Part shown: in pieces, positions 24,832 to 42,419 of the stretch
How positions within the stretch are numbered: the stretch's first letter is position 1
Layout: each line of letters starts with the position of its first letter
Source of the DNA: Ministeria vibrans ATCC 50519
Taxonomy: Eukaryota; Protista; Filasterea
Direction: 5' to 3'
Length of the DNA: 64,000 nt
Assembly (NCBI GenBank): GCA_943704425.1
Contig: CALSCP010001674.1
Location: 53,822 to 117,821, forward strand
Made by a program: the position numbers and the translations under genes
The notes under the pieces: model-generated
Databases searched by the model: none
Told to the model about the DNA's origin: nothing
Seen by the model: only the letters and a program-made list of their open reading frames with translations

Positions 24832-27704
24832 TCTGACGGCAGCTGAAAGGGCTGCTGCTGCTACGGACGCGTCAACGCTGAGCAGACGCAACCGGCTGAA
24901 GCATCGGCGCCCCCGCGGCGGTGCAAAGGAAGGCGACAACGACGACGAAATCGCGGCGAAACGCGCAGCACTTCGACAGCGCGCTCGCGACTCCTTCGTG
25001 TCGCCCACGCCTGGCAGCGAAGATACGGACGGCCAGCTCCCATCGTCGTCGGCTCCGGCCGAGCCAGTGCCTGCAGTGCCCGCTGAGAGCGCGTCTGCCG
25101 CAACAACTCCACCCGGCAAACCCCAATCGAGACCGTCCAGCGTTCCACCGCCTCTGCCGCCAAAATCGCGAAGCATCATCACCATTCCTCCCCCGTCACT
25201 CCCACCCCCTACGCAGCCCGCGTCTCCTCCCGTGCTGCCCCGCCCCGAATCGCCCCCGCCGGCGCCTCCATCGGCGCCACCAAGTTTGCCTCCGTCACTC
25301 CCGCCAAGTTTGCCCCCGTCTCTCCCACCCTCCTTGCCGCCCGGTCTGCCCCCGTCCCTTCCCCCGTCTCTTCCGCCTCCAAGCCCTGCCGATCCGCCAA
25401 TGCTGCCGGAGACTTCGCGCTTTCCAACGTTGCCTCAAGACCTCACGGGAAACAGCGACAGACGCTCTGCAACCGAGTCGCCCGATGGCAGCGATCATCA
25501 TCAGTCCAGCGACACAGCCGACCCCGAGGCCATCCACGACGAGGACTCTTTCTTAAGCCCATCGGCACGGTCCAGCCCCGACGTCGAGAGTACGCTCGAC
25601 GCAGCCATTGAGGCGGCTGAGGCGGCCGTCGAGTCCATTGATGAGCATGATGATGCCCGTGCGCACGACGACGACGACGACCACAACGTCATCAACGAGT
25701 CGCTAGAGGAAGACGTTGCAGAGCAGGAGGAAGCGGATGAAGACGAAGGAGAAGAAGAAGGAGCAGAAGAAGCAGAAGGAGAAGAAGGAGAAGAAGAAGC
25801 AGAAGAAGACGTTGAAGAAGAAGGAGAAGGAGAAAGGGAAGAAGAAGGAGAAGAAGCAGAAGGAGAAGAGGAGAGGGAAGCCACACCGGACGAAGATGTG
25901 ATTGTGGTGGAGGACGAGACGCGCTCACATGGACTACTGTTGGACGGCGTGACGCTCACTTCCTCTGACGATCACCCGGCAGAAGACGAAGCAGAAGCCG
26001 ACCAAGACTCGACGGTACGCGATAATGATGAGGAGGACACACCGCAAGTGAACGGATCCGAGAGTGTTGATCCCTCCGAGAACGAGCTGATCGAGTCTCA
26101 GCCGGCAACACCGCGCACGCCAACGGATGGACAGAGCAAACCACCTCGTCGGCGTTTCTCCACCGAGATGACTCCCATTGTGGCTGCGGGCGCCACCAAG
26201 AAACTCCGACTGGTCAAGAAGAAGTCACGCGCGTCAATGAGCTCAGGCGAGTCATCGCTGACACCCAACGCACGACGTGACCGCGATGCCGTCGCCCGCC
26301 GATCATACAAGGGAGAAGAGGGTGTGCTCGACTCCATGGCACAGCGAGCCGAGTCGGAGCTGGAGCGCAAACGACGCGAGCGCGCCGAAGCCCGTCAGTT
26401 TCGTGATGAAGAGCGCGAGCGCCAGAAAAAGCTCGAAGAGCGACGTGTGGACGAGCGTCGCGCCCAGGAGCACGCGTCGCTCGCAGAACGTCAGCAAAAA
26501 CTTGCCCAATGGCGCGAAGAGCACAAAGACGACGACTTGCCGCCACCCCCCGAGCTGCGCGACGGTCCAGTGCGCGAAGAAGATGGCGTTGTGGCGGAGG
26601 CCCTTGAGCTCGCCAATCTGCCACAAGAGCCAGCCGCCCCCGACAGCAAAGATGCCCCCCTGTCTCTCGAAGCCATCTACAAGAACAAGTATGAAAAGGC
26701 AATGCGAACGGTTGCGCAACTGCACAACGACAAGGTAAAAACATATAATTATAAAGAGTTAATATATAATTATAGTAAACAACCCTTTTTTTAGAACACG
26801 TTGCGATTCCATTTGGAAGCAGTCAAGGACAAGCTGTCAGACTCGTTGGACCAGGTTCAGACGGACGCTCGCATTGTGCGAACGATGACCAAGGAGACGC
26901 GCGAGGCAAAGCGCAACTGGGCCGAGTCACAGGCGGAGCTGGAAGACTTGAGGATTCGTGTCGAGGTGTCCTCTGCAGACCTTAAAAAACTGCAGGGCGA
27001 ACGCGACCAGACTCAATCGGTGTTGAGCAAACTTGACTCGGAGAAGCAGGAACTCGATGCAGCCGTGCACAAACAGACTCTCGAGAAGGGAAAGCAGCAG
27101 GACTCTATTTCCAATCTCCGTAAGAAAATGCTTTAGTATTAATATTATTTTTATTTTTATCGACATTAATTTAATTTTTTGTTTTTGTTTTTGTTTTTTT
27201 TTTCTGGGTTTCAGAGGATCGCTTTAACAAGGTTGAAGCTCATCGTGATCGACTGCGCGAGGAGCTTGAAGTGCTCAGGACCAAGTTTAGTACCACCGAA
27301 AAAGAGGTAAAATAATAATAATAATAATTATTTCGTTTGCTCACAAGAAAACAACATTGTTGTAGTTGAAGCACGCCAAGGCGAACCGTGGCGTAGACAC
27401 GGAAGCGGTGGAGTCAATGCAAAAGCTGTGCGACAAGTTGGTGGAGGCTGAGAAGGAGCGAGTGGAGAAGGAGCGAGCGCAGAGAATTGCGTGTGAAGAG
27501 CGCAACGAGGAACTGGAGAAACAGCTGCGGGAGATCAAGTACAGCTCGACGAGCACCGAAGAGGACAGCGACACGCATCGGCTGGAGAAGCGAAAGCTTG
27601 AGCGAGAAATCAAGCGACAGGCGGATGCCATTGCGGATCTTGAGTCGCAGAATGAGCGACTGCAGTCTCGCATTGAGCGTCGTGAGAGACGCACCAAAGA
27701 ATAA
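24827..27704 (+). CDS. LRRFIP1/2-like coiled-coil protein with long Pro-rich/acidic N-terminal extension
   Basis: LDSMAQRAESELERKRRERAEARQFRDEERERQKK and KYEKAMRTVAQLHNDK|NTLRFHLEAVKDKL match the two conserved LRRFIP blocks. Four exons. Confidence 0.75.
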
Positions 27705-27774
27705 GAGAGACGTACAAAGACATAATAATAATATTTTGACTGAATACCTTGATGAAGAGTTAATTGTCAGGTTA

Positions 27775-27837
27775 TGACTCACGTGAGTGACGTGACTCAC
27801 GTGAGAGATGTGTCATGTCACTGATGTGTCATGTGAC
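27775..27837. promoter_or_regulatory. Cluster of overlapping AP-1 (TGACTCA), E-box (TCACGTGA), CRE-half and GTCATGTGAC motifs
   Basis: TGACTCACGTGAG occurs twice (27775, 27793) and GATGTGTCATGT twice, 70-130 bp upstream of the ATG at 27905. Confidence 0.45.
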
Positions 27838-27904
27838 TACTCTCACTGCTTTGACTGGTTGAACTCACAGCATATTCAATTATTCACCATCTTAATTTCT
27901 CTCT

Positions 27905-29580
27905 ATGCGGACAGTCACAGTCGGTCGCACCGCGACACTGATGGACGTACTGCAGGAGTCGTGGGGTCTCAGTCGCACACGGGTCAAACGGCTCGTTCGT
28001 GGCAAGATGGTCAGTGTGAGTGGACGGGTCGCGCGCGATCCAATGATGCAAGTCAACGTCGGTGATGAAATCGCTCTGCCTGAAGAAATCCAAATGATAG
28101 AAGGCCCCACCGAGCAACCCACTGGACTTCCTACTGGGCTTGCGATTGAGTATGAGGACGAGAATGTGATTATCTTGCGCAAGGACGCGGGATTCTCTGT
28201 GTTGCGCGAACATCGACCCTTTGCAAGTGCTCTCGCCTTTCTCTCGTCGCCCCCGGCCGACACTGCCATCTTGCGCCATGTCTCTGCCGGAGGTGGCACG
28301 CCCTGTCTGCTTTCGTTACTTCCGAAGAAGGTCGGCGGTCTCACCGCGCTGGTTCGCTCGCAACAGGCGTGGGCGCGGTGCGAGAGTCTTTTGGCCGAGA
28401 ACGTCTGTCGCATCGTGCGCATGCGCTTCCGCTGCATGCTCATTCGCTCACCTGCCGACATTCCGAATGATTTTATTGTGGAGAAGCCCTTTGATGGCGA
28501 GCCTGCACGCACCCGTGTGGTCGTTGTGGCGCGCACGCCGAGCATTACACAAGGCGAGCTGGTGACAGTGGACATGTACCCGCTCGAAGGGGGAGGAACA
28601 CGCATCTCGCGCAACCTCGAGCACGCGTCGCAAGTGATTGACCACGCACCCGGTGTGATCCTTGGCTTGGCGTCGGCCGGTCCGGGATTTGCACATGCCA
28701 AAGGCGTCTACCTGTCGCTCTGCGCGATGACTCTGTTGCCCCCCCTGGTTGACGAAGAGCATACAGTGGAAATTGCCGAACCCACAAAGTTTGAGGCGAT
28801 GCGAGAGCGCGAACTACGCGCCTGGAGCAAACGAGAACTAGAGCGGGATATGTTGGCGGAGCAACTGGGCTCTCCCAATGCAGTGCTTTTCGACAAGCTG
28901 CGGTTGCGCGTGTCTCCAGATGTGCTACGACCGCGCAAGGGCTCCGAGGCACTTGTCACTGCCTGCGCTGCCTTCCAGCCGACGCGTCTGCTCGACGTTG
29001 GCACCGGCTGTGGCTGTTTGGCGCTAGCTGTGCTCAATCGAGTGCCAGGTTGTCGTGCCATCGCCATTGACATTTCCGAGGCGGCGCTTCAAGTCGCGCA
29101 TGACAATGCCATGGCGAATTCCCTGTCGTACCGGTGTGTCTTCAAGCGAGGTAAGCACGCATACGTTCTACATGATTGTCTTTTTTTATTGTTTTTTATT
29201 GCCGGTTGTGTGTAGGAGACCTTGGGGCGCTTGAAGAGAGTGTGTTGAGTGGCAGTGCGTTTGATGTAATTGTGTGCAATCCACCGTATCTGGACAGTGC
29301 GCGCGCCAATGAGTATCACATGGAGGACCCTCACGAAGCCATCTTTGCCGATGAAGGGGGTCTGGGGGCACACCGGCGACTACTGGAAAGCATTGAGCGT
29401 GGAGGAGACCGTGTGCTTGTAAGGGGGGGTGCACTGGTGTTGGAGGTGAACAACCGACAGGCGAGTGCGGTGTGTGCACTGGCGCAAAGGGTAGCGCCGT
29501 CCTTGTGCTTTAGGCGTGTGGACAAGGATGCCTTTGGTTTTGACCGTGTTTTGGTGTTTGAGAGGGAGGGCGCTGTGTAA
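27905..29580 (+). CDS. Fusion: S4 domain + degenerate RluA/RluD pseudouridine synthase fold + HemK/PrmC-type SAM methyltransferase
   Basis: S4 (LSRTRVKRLVRGKMVSVSG), YEDENVIILRKDAG and GEPART. Then VSPDVLRPRKGSEALV, LDVGTGCG, DISEAAL, VCNPPY, KDAFGFDRV. Intron 29151-29215 restores the frame. Confidence 0.85.
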
Positions 29581-29635
29581 GATTATTAATAATAATTGTA
29601 TTTAAAGTGTACTACTATACATACATAATATTAAT

Positions 29636-31162
29636 TTACACTTTGCCACGACTGCGACGAGGTGGCGATGGACTGCGACTATATCGTCGTCTGTAGTCAT
29701 CGTGATGGCGGCGGTGGTGCGTATATGGTGAGGATGGATCTCTTTCGGAAGGGCAGGCAGGGGGACTGCGACTACGATTCCTTCTGGTGGAGGGACTGCG
29801 ACTACGACTGCGACGATTCCTTCTGCTGGGGGGACTGCGACTACGACTGCGACGATTCCTTCTGCTGGAGGGACTGCGACTGCGACTGCGACGGTTCCTT
29901 CTGCTGGGGGGACTGGGACTGCGGTGACGATGGTATGCACTTGAGGATGGTCTCCTCCGAGGTGGAGAGACCGACCTCGGTCGATAATGCTGCTCTCGCT
30001 CCCGTTCCTGTCGTCCACGCACCACTTCCTTGTCCTGACTCACTTCTTTGCGCAGCTGACTCTGCATGCGTTGTCGCATTTTCTCCAATGGCGACATCTT
30101 TTTTGTTGCGGCAGTAGGAGGAGTTGAGTTTGGTGTTGTTGCAGTCGTTTTGACAGTGGCGCCCTCACGTAGTTGCGTCTGTCGACACCTCTGTTCGCGC
30201 AACTCCTCCAATCGATTCATGCGCTCCATCATATTCCCTTCGGCCGACGAGTCCGACTCGGCGTCGTCTTCTCCGTCTTCTCCACGCTCCAAACGCGCCA
30301 GTTCCGCCTCGGCTGCCGCCCGGCCGGCCACTTCAGCACTCTCCTCCACCGACGTGGGACCACTTGTGCTTGTTGACGCCGAAAAGGGAATGTAGCCTTG
30401 GCCACGGCGCTTCTTTTCCGTGCTCACACGCTCCTGTTCGGTGCGCACCTCGTCGCAGTGGGCCTCCCGCAGTCGTGAGGGAAAATCATCGATGCCATAC
30501 TGCTGTCCAAGAAGAAGCAATCGCGCGCGCTTCTCTGCCGTCATGTCGATCAGAATGTCACCGCCCACAAACAGCCGATTGTACTCAATAAGTGCCTCTG
30601 CTTTGTTGCCCAGGCGAGACATTCGCTCCATTGCGCGCTCCCGTTCTTTTTCGAGTGCCTTGCTCGCAGCGCCAGGGCGCACCAGCGCCTCTTCTTCACG
30701 CAACTGTTCAAGGATGTCTCCTTCATTGACGCGACCCTCGCTGTCGCCGCCGCCTGCACAGGCATCACTGTCCTTGTCGACGTCTCCTGGCTCCTGGCGG
30801 CGATGCTCCTCGTCGAGAAGCACAAGAGCGTGGAACCGCTCAAAGGCAAGCAACGCCTCCACGGCCGCATCGTCGCCGCTCCTTCGCACACGCTCACTCG
30901 ACTCGCGCGGCGCTTCATCAACCCGGTCGAGCTGCCAGCGACCATCAAACCGGTCCATCTCCACGTCAAGCGCGTCGTGTCGCTTCACAGTCTCGTCGCC
31001 CTGTCCACAATGGACAGTCAGTGCGCGTCCGTGAATCTGTAGCAGTTGCGCATGATCGCCCGTCACGCTGTCCACATACGCCCGTCGTCGCTCTGCCCTC
31101 TTCTTCATCTCATCCATCGCACGATACAGCTTTTTCTCCTGCGCGCGACTCGCATGCCACAT
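29636..31162 (-). CDS. CLASRP: CLK4-associating serine/arginine-rich protein
   Basis: MWHASRAQEKKL...KKRAERRR...LQIHGR, MDRFDGR, FERFHALV, KMSPLEKMRQRMQSQL and an RS-rich tail. Intronless. Confidence 0.88.
   Translation of the reverse strand: MWHASRAQEKKLYRAMDEMKKRAERRRAYVDSVTGDHAQLLQIHGRALTVHCGQGDETVKRHDALDVEMDRFDGRWQLDRVDEAPRESSERVRRSGDDAAVEALLAFERFHALVLLDEEHRRQEPGDVDKDSDACAGGGDSEGRVNEGDILEQLREEEALVRPGAASKALEKERERAMERMSRLGNKAEALIEYNRLFVGGDILIDMTAEKRARLLLLGQQYGIDDFPSRLREAHCDEVRTEQERVSTEKKRRGQGYIPFSASTSTSGPTSVEESAEVAGRAAAEAELARLERGEDGEDDAESDSSAEGNMMERMNRLEELREQRCRQTQLREGATVKTTATTPNSTPPTAATKKMSPLEKMRQRMQSQLRKEVSQDKEVVRGRQEREREQHYRPRSVSPPRRRPSSSAYHRHRSPSPPSRRNRRSRSRSPSSRRNRRSRSRSPPSRRNRRSRSRSPSTRRNRSRSPPACPSERDPSSPYTHHRRHHDDYRRRYSRSPSPPRRSRGKV
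29745..29920. repeat. 39-bp coding tandem repeat (PSSRRNRRSRSRS)x~3-4
   Basis: Repeated GGGACTGCGACTACGACTGCGACGATTCCTTCTGCTGG units. Confidence 0.85.
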
Positions 31163-31372
31163 CGCGTGAGTACAAAGTAACACCAAAAATATTAATTTAA
31201 TAGGCAATAGCTGATTGATTATTATTAATAAAAATAATAATAATAATAATATTAAAATAATTAATTTATTATATTTTTATTATTATTATACATTCTTATG
31301 AATAATATTATTTTTTTCAATTATTAATGATACTATCTTATTACTCATTGTAATATAAACTAAACGTAACTT

Positions 31373-33456
31373 TCATTCACCACTCTCAAATTTAATCACA
31401 ATTTTAACGACGCCGGGAACAGCAGGATCAGTCACATGCAATTCGGTGCCGTCGGTAATGCCCAGCTCCTGTAAGGGCAAAGGAAGATTCTTGCGGGTGC
31501 GCTCCTCGAGCATAGGCGGCGTCGACATGTACAGCGTCTTGTCGTTGCCGCGGATGCCGGGCGCTTGCATGCGACTGCACAAACCAAAATTGTCACACAC
31601 TCCTCTCATTTTCCCACACGCCACAAAGACACACCACAAAGACACACGCATATACTTTGTTTTCTTACAAGGTGGTGTCTTCTCGAAGACGCTCGACAAC
31701 ACGTTCAAGTGTCGTGGTAGGATTGCACTCAAAGGGCACAGGTGCATTGGAACACACAAGACAGTCTGGTTTTCGCTCATACTCAAATGTGTGTGAGTAA
31801 AGACCATCGAGACCGTTGAACATCATGTAGTTGTTAAGCCACGCCGAACAGTTGGTTGCAATCTTGAACACTTCCCCAGCACAAGCAGCTAAGGAATAAA
31901 ACATACGTTCAGCAGAGATACAAAAAAGCACACTAAGCACACACACATACATATATTTATATACAATAAATTTATTATTATTATAATTATATAAAATATA
32001 TACACTCAAGTGTACCCGCAATAACCGCGTTGGTCGAGGCAACGGCGGGAATGATATTCTTGACAACACCCTGGGTGAGACGGTACGTGACGCCCTCAAT
32101 GCCAAATTCGGCTGCGCGTGCCTTGGCCTCCGAGCACAGCCACTCAATGTGCGACGGGTCATCTCCATCCAACGCAGTCTCTGGTAATATAGACAAAGAA
32201 GAAGAGATTTCCAATTTATTTATCAATCACAAACAACACAAACAGCTCAGATAATATAATATACAGTCAAAAAATGAATGGGAGCGTTTGTTGTACCTTG
32301 GCGAAGACGAGGCCACAGGATAATTTTAGCATATTCAATGCAGTGCTCTGGGAGACGCGGTGTGGCGGCAATGGTACAAAGGGGGAATGTGACCTGGGGC
32401 GGAAACGTATCGAGGGAACACTCAAAGCACGCTGTCATGCCGGGCACAATCACACGAGCGTGTCCTTTGAATCCTACACACACATACTAGCAGAGGAAGA
32501 AACGAACATGGTTCTGAGTGTGCGTACCTTCGGTGCCTCCGTCCACCATGGGAATAATCGTCTGTGGCTTCACTGCTCCCTCACCGTCGTACTCTACCAG
32601 TCCCAGGAGAAGCCCGTTGATCCAGCGACGCGCTCCAATCGAATCCAGACCGCACACCACAATGTTAAACTGACGGTAGAAACTCTCGTCTTTGTCTTGA
32701 ATTTTACAAAAGTGTCTAGAAGAAGAAGAAGAAGAAGAAGAAGAAGAAGAGAGGNNNNNNNNNNNNNNNNNNNNGCTCCTTTTTTGTCTTTCTCACGGTG
32801 TCACTTTGGCACCCTGGACACGCTCATTGACAAAGGCGGCAGCAACGTCCGCCTTGGGCCTTCCGACGTCGTGTTCGCGGAAGAGAAACTGTCGGTTGAG
32901 ATTGCTCACGTCAATGGTGTCCATGTCAATCACGTCCACGTGCAGCAGGCCCGACAGCACAATGTCCTTCAGCAGCTCACACCCCAATCCACCCGCTCCG
33001 ACCACAAGGATTCGCACAGAGCTGAGCAGAAAGTCGCGAAGCTACAAAACAACCGAGTGTGACAGGTTGAGTTCACTCCAGTCTCACAGAACGAAGCATC
33101 TGGCCACATCTCCGCCCGCCCCAGTGCACATACACCGCTCGTGGGTCTCCATTCTTGGCCAGAACGTCGTCAGAAACGATCATGTCTTGGCAAAGACTGG
33201 GGCAAAAAAATCACAACACGAATTGCGCAGTGGCGCTTCACGCGGTAGCAAGCGCGTCCTCGGACGCAACGGGCATGCCGCAGCGCACAAGGAGCACTGA
33301 TAGCCACGATGGGCACGCGGTCGCCACGCCCCGCACGCGCACAGCACGTCCACAGCGTACCTCGACCGACGGCTCAAAGTCCGCCTGCGCCAACGGACCT
33401 GTGCGCAGCAGCAGACGCTCAATGTGCTGCCACCGAGTCGCCATGTCCTGGGACAT
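31373..33456 (-). CDS. UBA3: NEDD8-activating enzyme E1 catalytic subunit
   Basis: [32 protein letters not shown], catalytic [38 protein letters not shown]. Multi-exon; N gap inside an intron. Confidence 0.95.
32755..32774. other. Assembly gap (20 N)
   Basis: N run next to (GAA)n. Confidence 1.
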
Positions 33457-33576
33457 TCTAAATTCCTATATTTACGTGTGTCGAACAGAAAAAATTGTAT
33501 ATACTATGATTAATGAGCAGTGAGTGACTTAGTTAAACAATAGTTGATTCACATCATTTAGTTCAGTTTTTGTTCC

Positions 33577-34539
33577 ATGTCTGACCCGTGTCGGTATTAC
33601 GCAGCGGGTCACTGTGTAAGAGGGCAGTCGTGTCGCTTTGCGCATGTACGAGGCGAAAGACCCTCTGGCGCGGGGGCGTGCCGCTTCTTCCTGCGTGGCG
33701 AGTGTGCGTACGGCAGTCGATGTCGCTACGACCACGTCCGCGAACGCGATCCCTCCTCAGCCGCCCCGCCACCTCCAAATGCATTACGGCGCCGAGTTGA
33801 TAGACCTGAAGATGCCCCGGTTGCCCTCGTCATTCCGGCCGACTAGTCAGCAGAAAAAACGCAAATGAAATAGGATTCGTAACCTCCGCTTCTCTAGCAC
33901 TCCTCAAGACTCCTTGCCTCTGTGGGCACCCACCGGTGACCCTGGCAATGGTCTTATCTGCTCTATTTGCATGGAGGAAGTCCTGGACTCGAAACGCGCC
34001 CTCTCCGTCAGTTGCCGTACCACTCACACATTGCTACACTCACTCACTCTCTCCGTCTCGTCACTTCTTTTTTTTTGTTATTGTTTTTGCAGGACCGCCG
34101 GTTCGGTATCTTACAATGCGATCATGTGTTTTGTCTGGCGTGCCTCCGCAAGTGGCGCGCCACCAAGGACCAGACAACGGCACGCCAATGCCCGATGTGT
34201 CGTGGTGTCTCCCACTACGTCGTGCCGTCCTCCTTCTTCCCAGACTCAGCTGATACCAAAGCGCGCGTCATGGAAGAGTACCGTCAGCGCCTGGCAGAGA
34301 CACCCTGCAAGTACTTTGACCAAGGGGAGGGCGAGTGTCCCTTTGGCTCGTCGTGCTTCTACAAGCACGCCTTCCGCGACGGCTCCCTTGACTCCCGCCG
34401 TCCCCGCAAGTACGCCCACGGCGACGTCGAAGACTCCCTCATTCTCCACCGCGATCCCACTCTATGGGACTTCCTTGCCGAGTTCAACCAGTCCGCCGAT
34501 GACCAGCTTGAAGAGCGCATCGCCCAACTCAACCTCTAG
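33577..34539 (+). CDS. MKRN: Makorin-type CCCH/RING E3 ligase (compact form)
   Basis: Two N-terminal CCCH fingers, RING CSICMEEV..RFGILQCDHVFCLACLRKWR..CPMCR, and C-terminal PCKYFDQGEGECPFGSSCFYKH. Confidence 0.9.
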
Positions 34540-34655
34540 CGAGTTGCCCTTGCATTCCTCACGCACAAACGTATTGCATTCAAATGTACAATAAAACACT
34601 CAGAATAACTTATTATGATAATAATATAATTATGACACTATTATTATTATTATTC

Positions 34656-36041
34656 TTATTGTTGATGCTGCTGTTGTTGCGGTTGTTGTTTCTGTTGTTG
34701 TTGTTGTTCTTGTTGTTGCGGTTGTTGTTGTTGTTGCGGTTGTTGTTGTTGTTGTTGTTGTTGTTGTTGCGGTTGTTGTTGTTGTTCCTCCCTCGAGCAC
34801 ACAATGTCAGCGACGCAGTGGACAATTCGCGGCGCATATGACTTGACCTGAACCACACGAGCGACGCGCACCCGCCACGCACGTCCCCCATCGCTCTTTC
34901 CCGCACACAAGAGCCGCTCAAACGCACTTGCAACCGTGTGAGTTGCCCATGTTTCACAGGCAGTAGCACGCACCTGCGTGGCCGACGCCTCATCCGTCGC
35001 ATCCCCAGCTTCACCGCCCGGAAGCCCCCACGTCACATTGCCATGCACGTGGAGTGTGCCGCCCGACGAACGGAGCACACGCGCCGCCGTGGGCCACGCT
35101 CGCTCGCTCGTGGGAATAAGTCCCAGGTGAACCCGATCCGCAACACCCGAGGGCAGCTCATGTTCACTCCACTGCGAATTGTCCCCTTCAAGAATGGTCA
35201 CTCGCGCGTCGCTGTCAATGTGGTTGGCAGCGAGTCCACGGCGCAGTGCCACCAGTGCATGAGGGTTCCAGTCGCAGGCGTAAACGTGCCGTACGCGTCC
35301 GTGCACCAACATGGGCAGTGTGAAGTAGCCTATGCCCACGTACAGGTCGACAACACACTCGTTGGGCTGCGCCAGTCGTCCAATGCGCGTGCGCTCAGTC
35401 ACATTGCCCGTTGAGAACATACAGCGACGCACATCAAACACATACGTGACACCCGACTCGACATGGCGCGTCCAACCGTCACTGCTGCCATACACAATCA
35501 CCGTCTGGCTATCCCGCGTGCCCGTGTCCGCAATGGGCGCCTTCACCGCAATCGTGTCGCAGTGGAGTGCCTCGGCAACCACACGCCAGCGTGCGCCCTC
35601 CTCGTCTTCGTCCCACCAGGCACCCGAAAGACTTTGCTGCGGCAGCACTGCAACACGACCATGCACATCAAAACGCGTCGGGATGTCAGCACGAAACTCA
35701 GGCGAATCGACTGGCGGCGCCGCCAGTGCAAGTCTCTGCGCCAGCTGCACAAGACCGGCGAACACGCGCTCGGCCGGCGAAAGTGTCGCCACCTTGCGCC
35801 CCAACTGGATGCCCCCGTCGATTCTCCACTCCCTCATGCCTTCAAATTCCTCGCCAGCATCACAGCAGGCCGTCACGACGAGCGCAACAGAGCACGCGTC
35901 GACCACCGGCAACGCCAGTTCGCTGGACGCCATCTTCGCCGCGTCCCGACCCACACGACGCGCCCCATCAAATAGACCCTCTCTCTCAAGTACTCTCCTC
36001 AATCTCTGAGCGTCCGATCGCCCAACAATCAAACAGGACAT
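34656..36041 (-). CDS. TYW2: tRNA wybutosine-synthesising protein 2 (Trm12) with polyQ tail
   Basis: YVFDVRRCMFSTGNVTER, VDLYVGIGYFTLP, DWNPHA, ADRVHLGLIPTSE, VKSYAPRIVHCVAD. Confidence 0.88.
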   Translation of the reverse strand: MSCLIVGRSDAQRLRRVLEREGLFDGARRVGRDAAKMASSELALPVVDACSVALVVTACCDAGEEFEGMREWRIDGGIQLGRKVATLSPAERVFAGLVQLAQRLALAAPPVDSPEFRADIPTRFDVHGRVAVLPQQSLSGAWWDEDEEGARWRVVAEALHCDTIAVKAPIADTGTRDSQTVIVYGSSDGWTRHVESGVTYVFDVRRCMFSTGNVTERTRIGRLAQPNECVVDLYVGIGYFTLPMLVHGRVRHVYACDWNPHALVALRRGLAANHIDSDARVTILEGDNSQWSEHELPSGVADRVHLGLIPTSERAWPTAARVLRSSGGTLHVHGNVTWGLPGGEAGDATDEASATQVRATACETWATHTVASAFERLLCAGKSDGGRAWRVRVARVVQVKSYAPRIVHCVADIVCSREEQQQQPQQQQQQQQQQPQQQQQPQQQEQQQQQKQQPQQQQHQQ

Positions 36042-36154
36042 GAAATATTTATGAGTAGAATGTCGATTGTCGAAATCTATTGAGTTTATTCACAATTTTG
36101 TTTCGTTGGTCAGGCCCGCTCGACTGCGCTCAGAATCTCTTCAACTGTGTCGAG

Positions 36155-42291
<6,137 letters not shown>

Positions 42292-42419
42292 ATTTTATAT
42301 GAGAGAAAGAGAGAGAGAGAGAGAGATAGAGAGGTTCACAAGACCTTTCGAGCGATTGTGCGAGTGAACCGGAGCGAATAAAAAGTTTTTCTATTATTCA
42401 ATTCAAATGACACTAAATT

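Noticed and set aside
29745-29920. Regularly spaced repeats resembling a CRISPR array
   Set aside because: No unique spacers; it is the RS-domain coding repeat of CLASRP.
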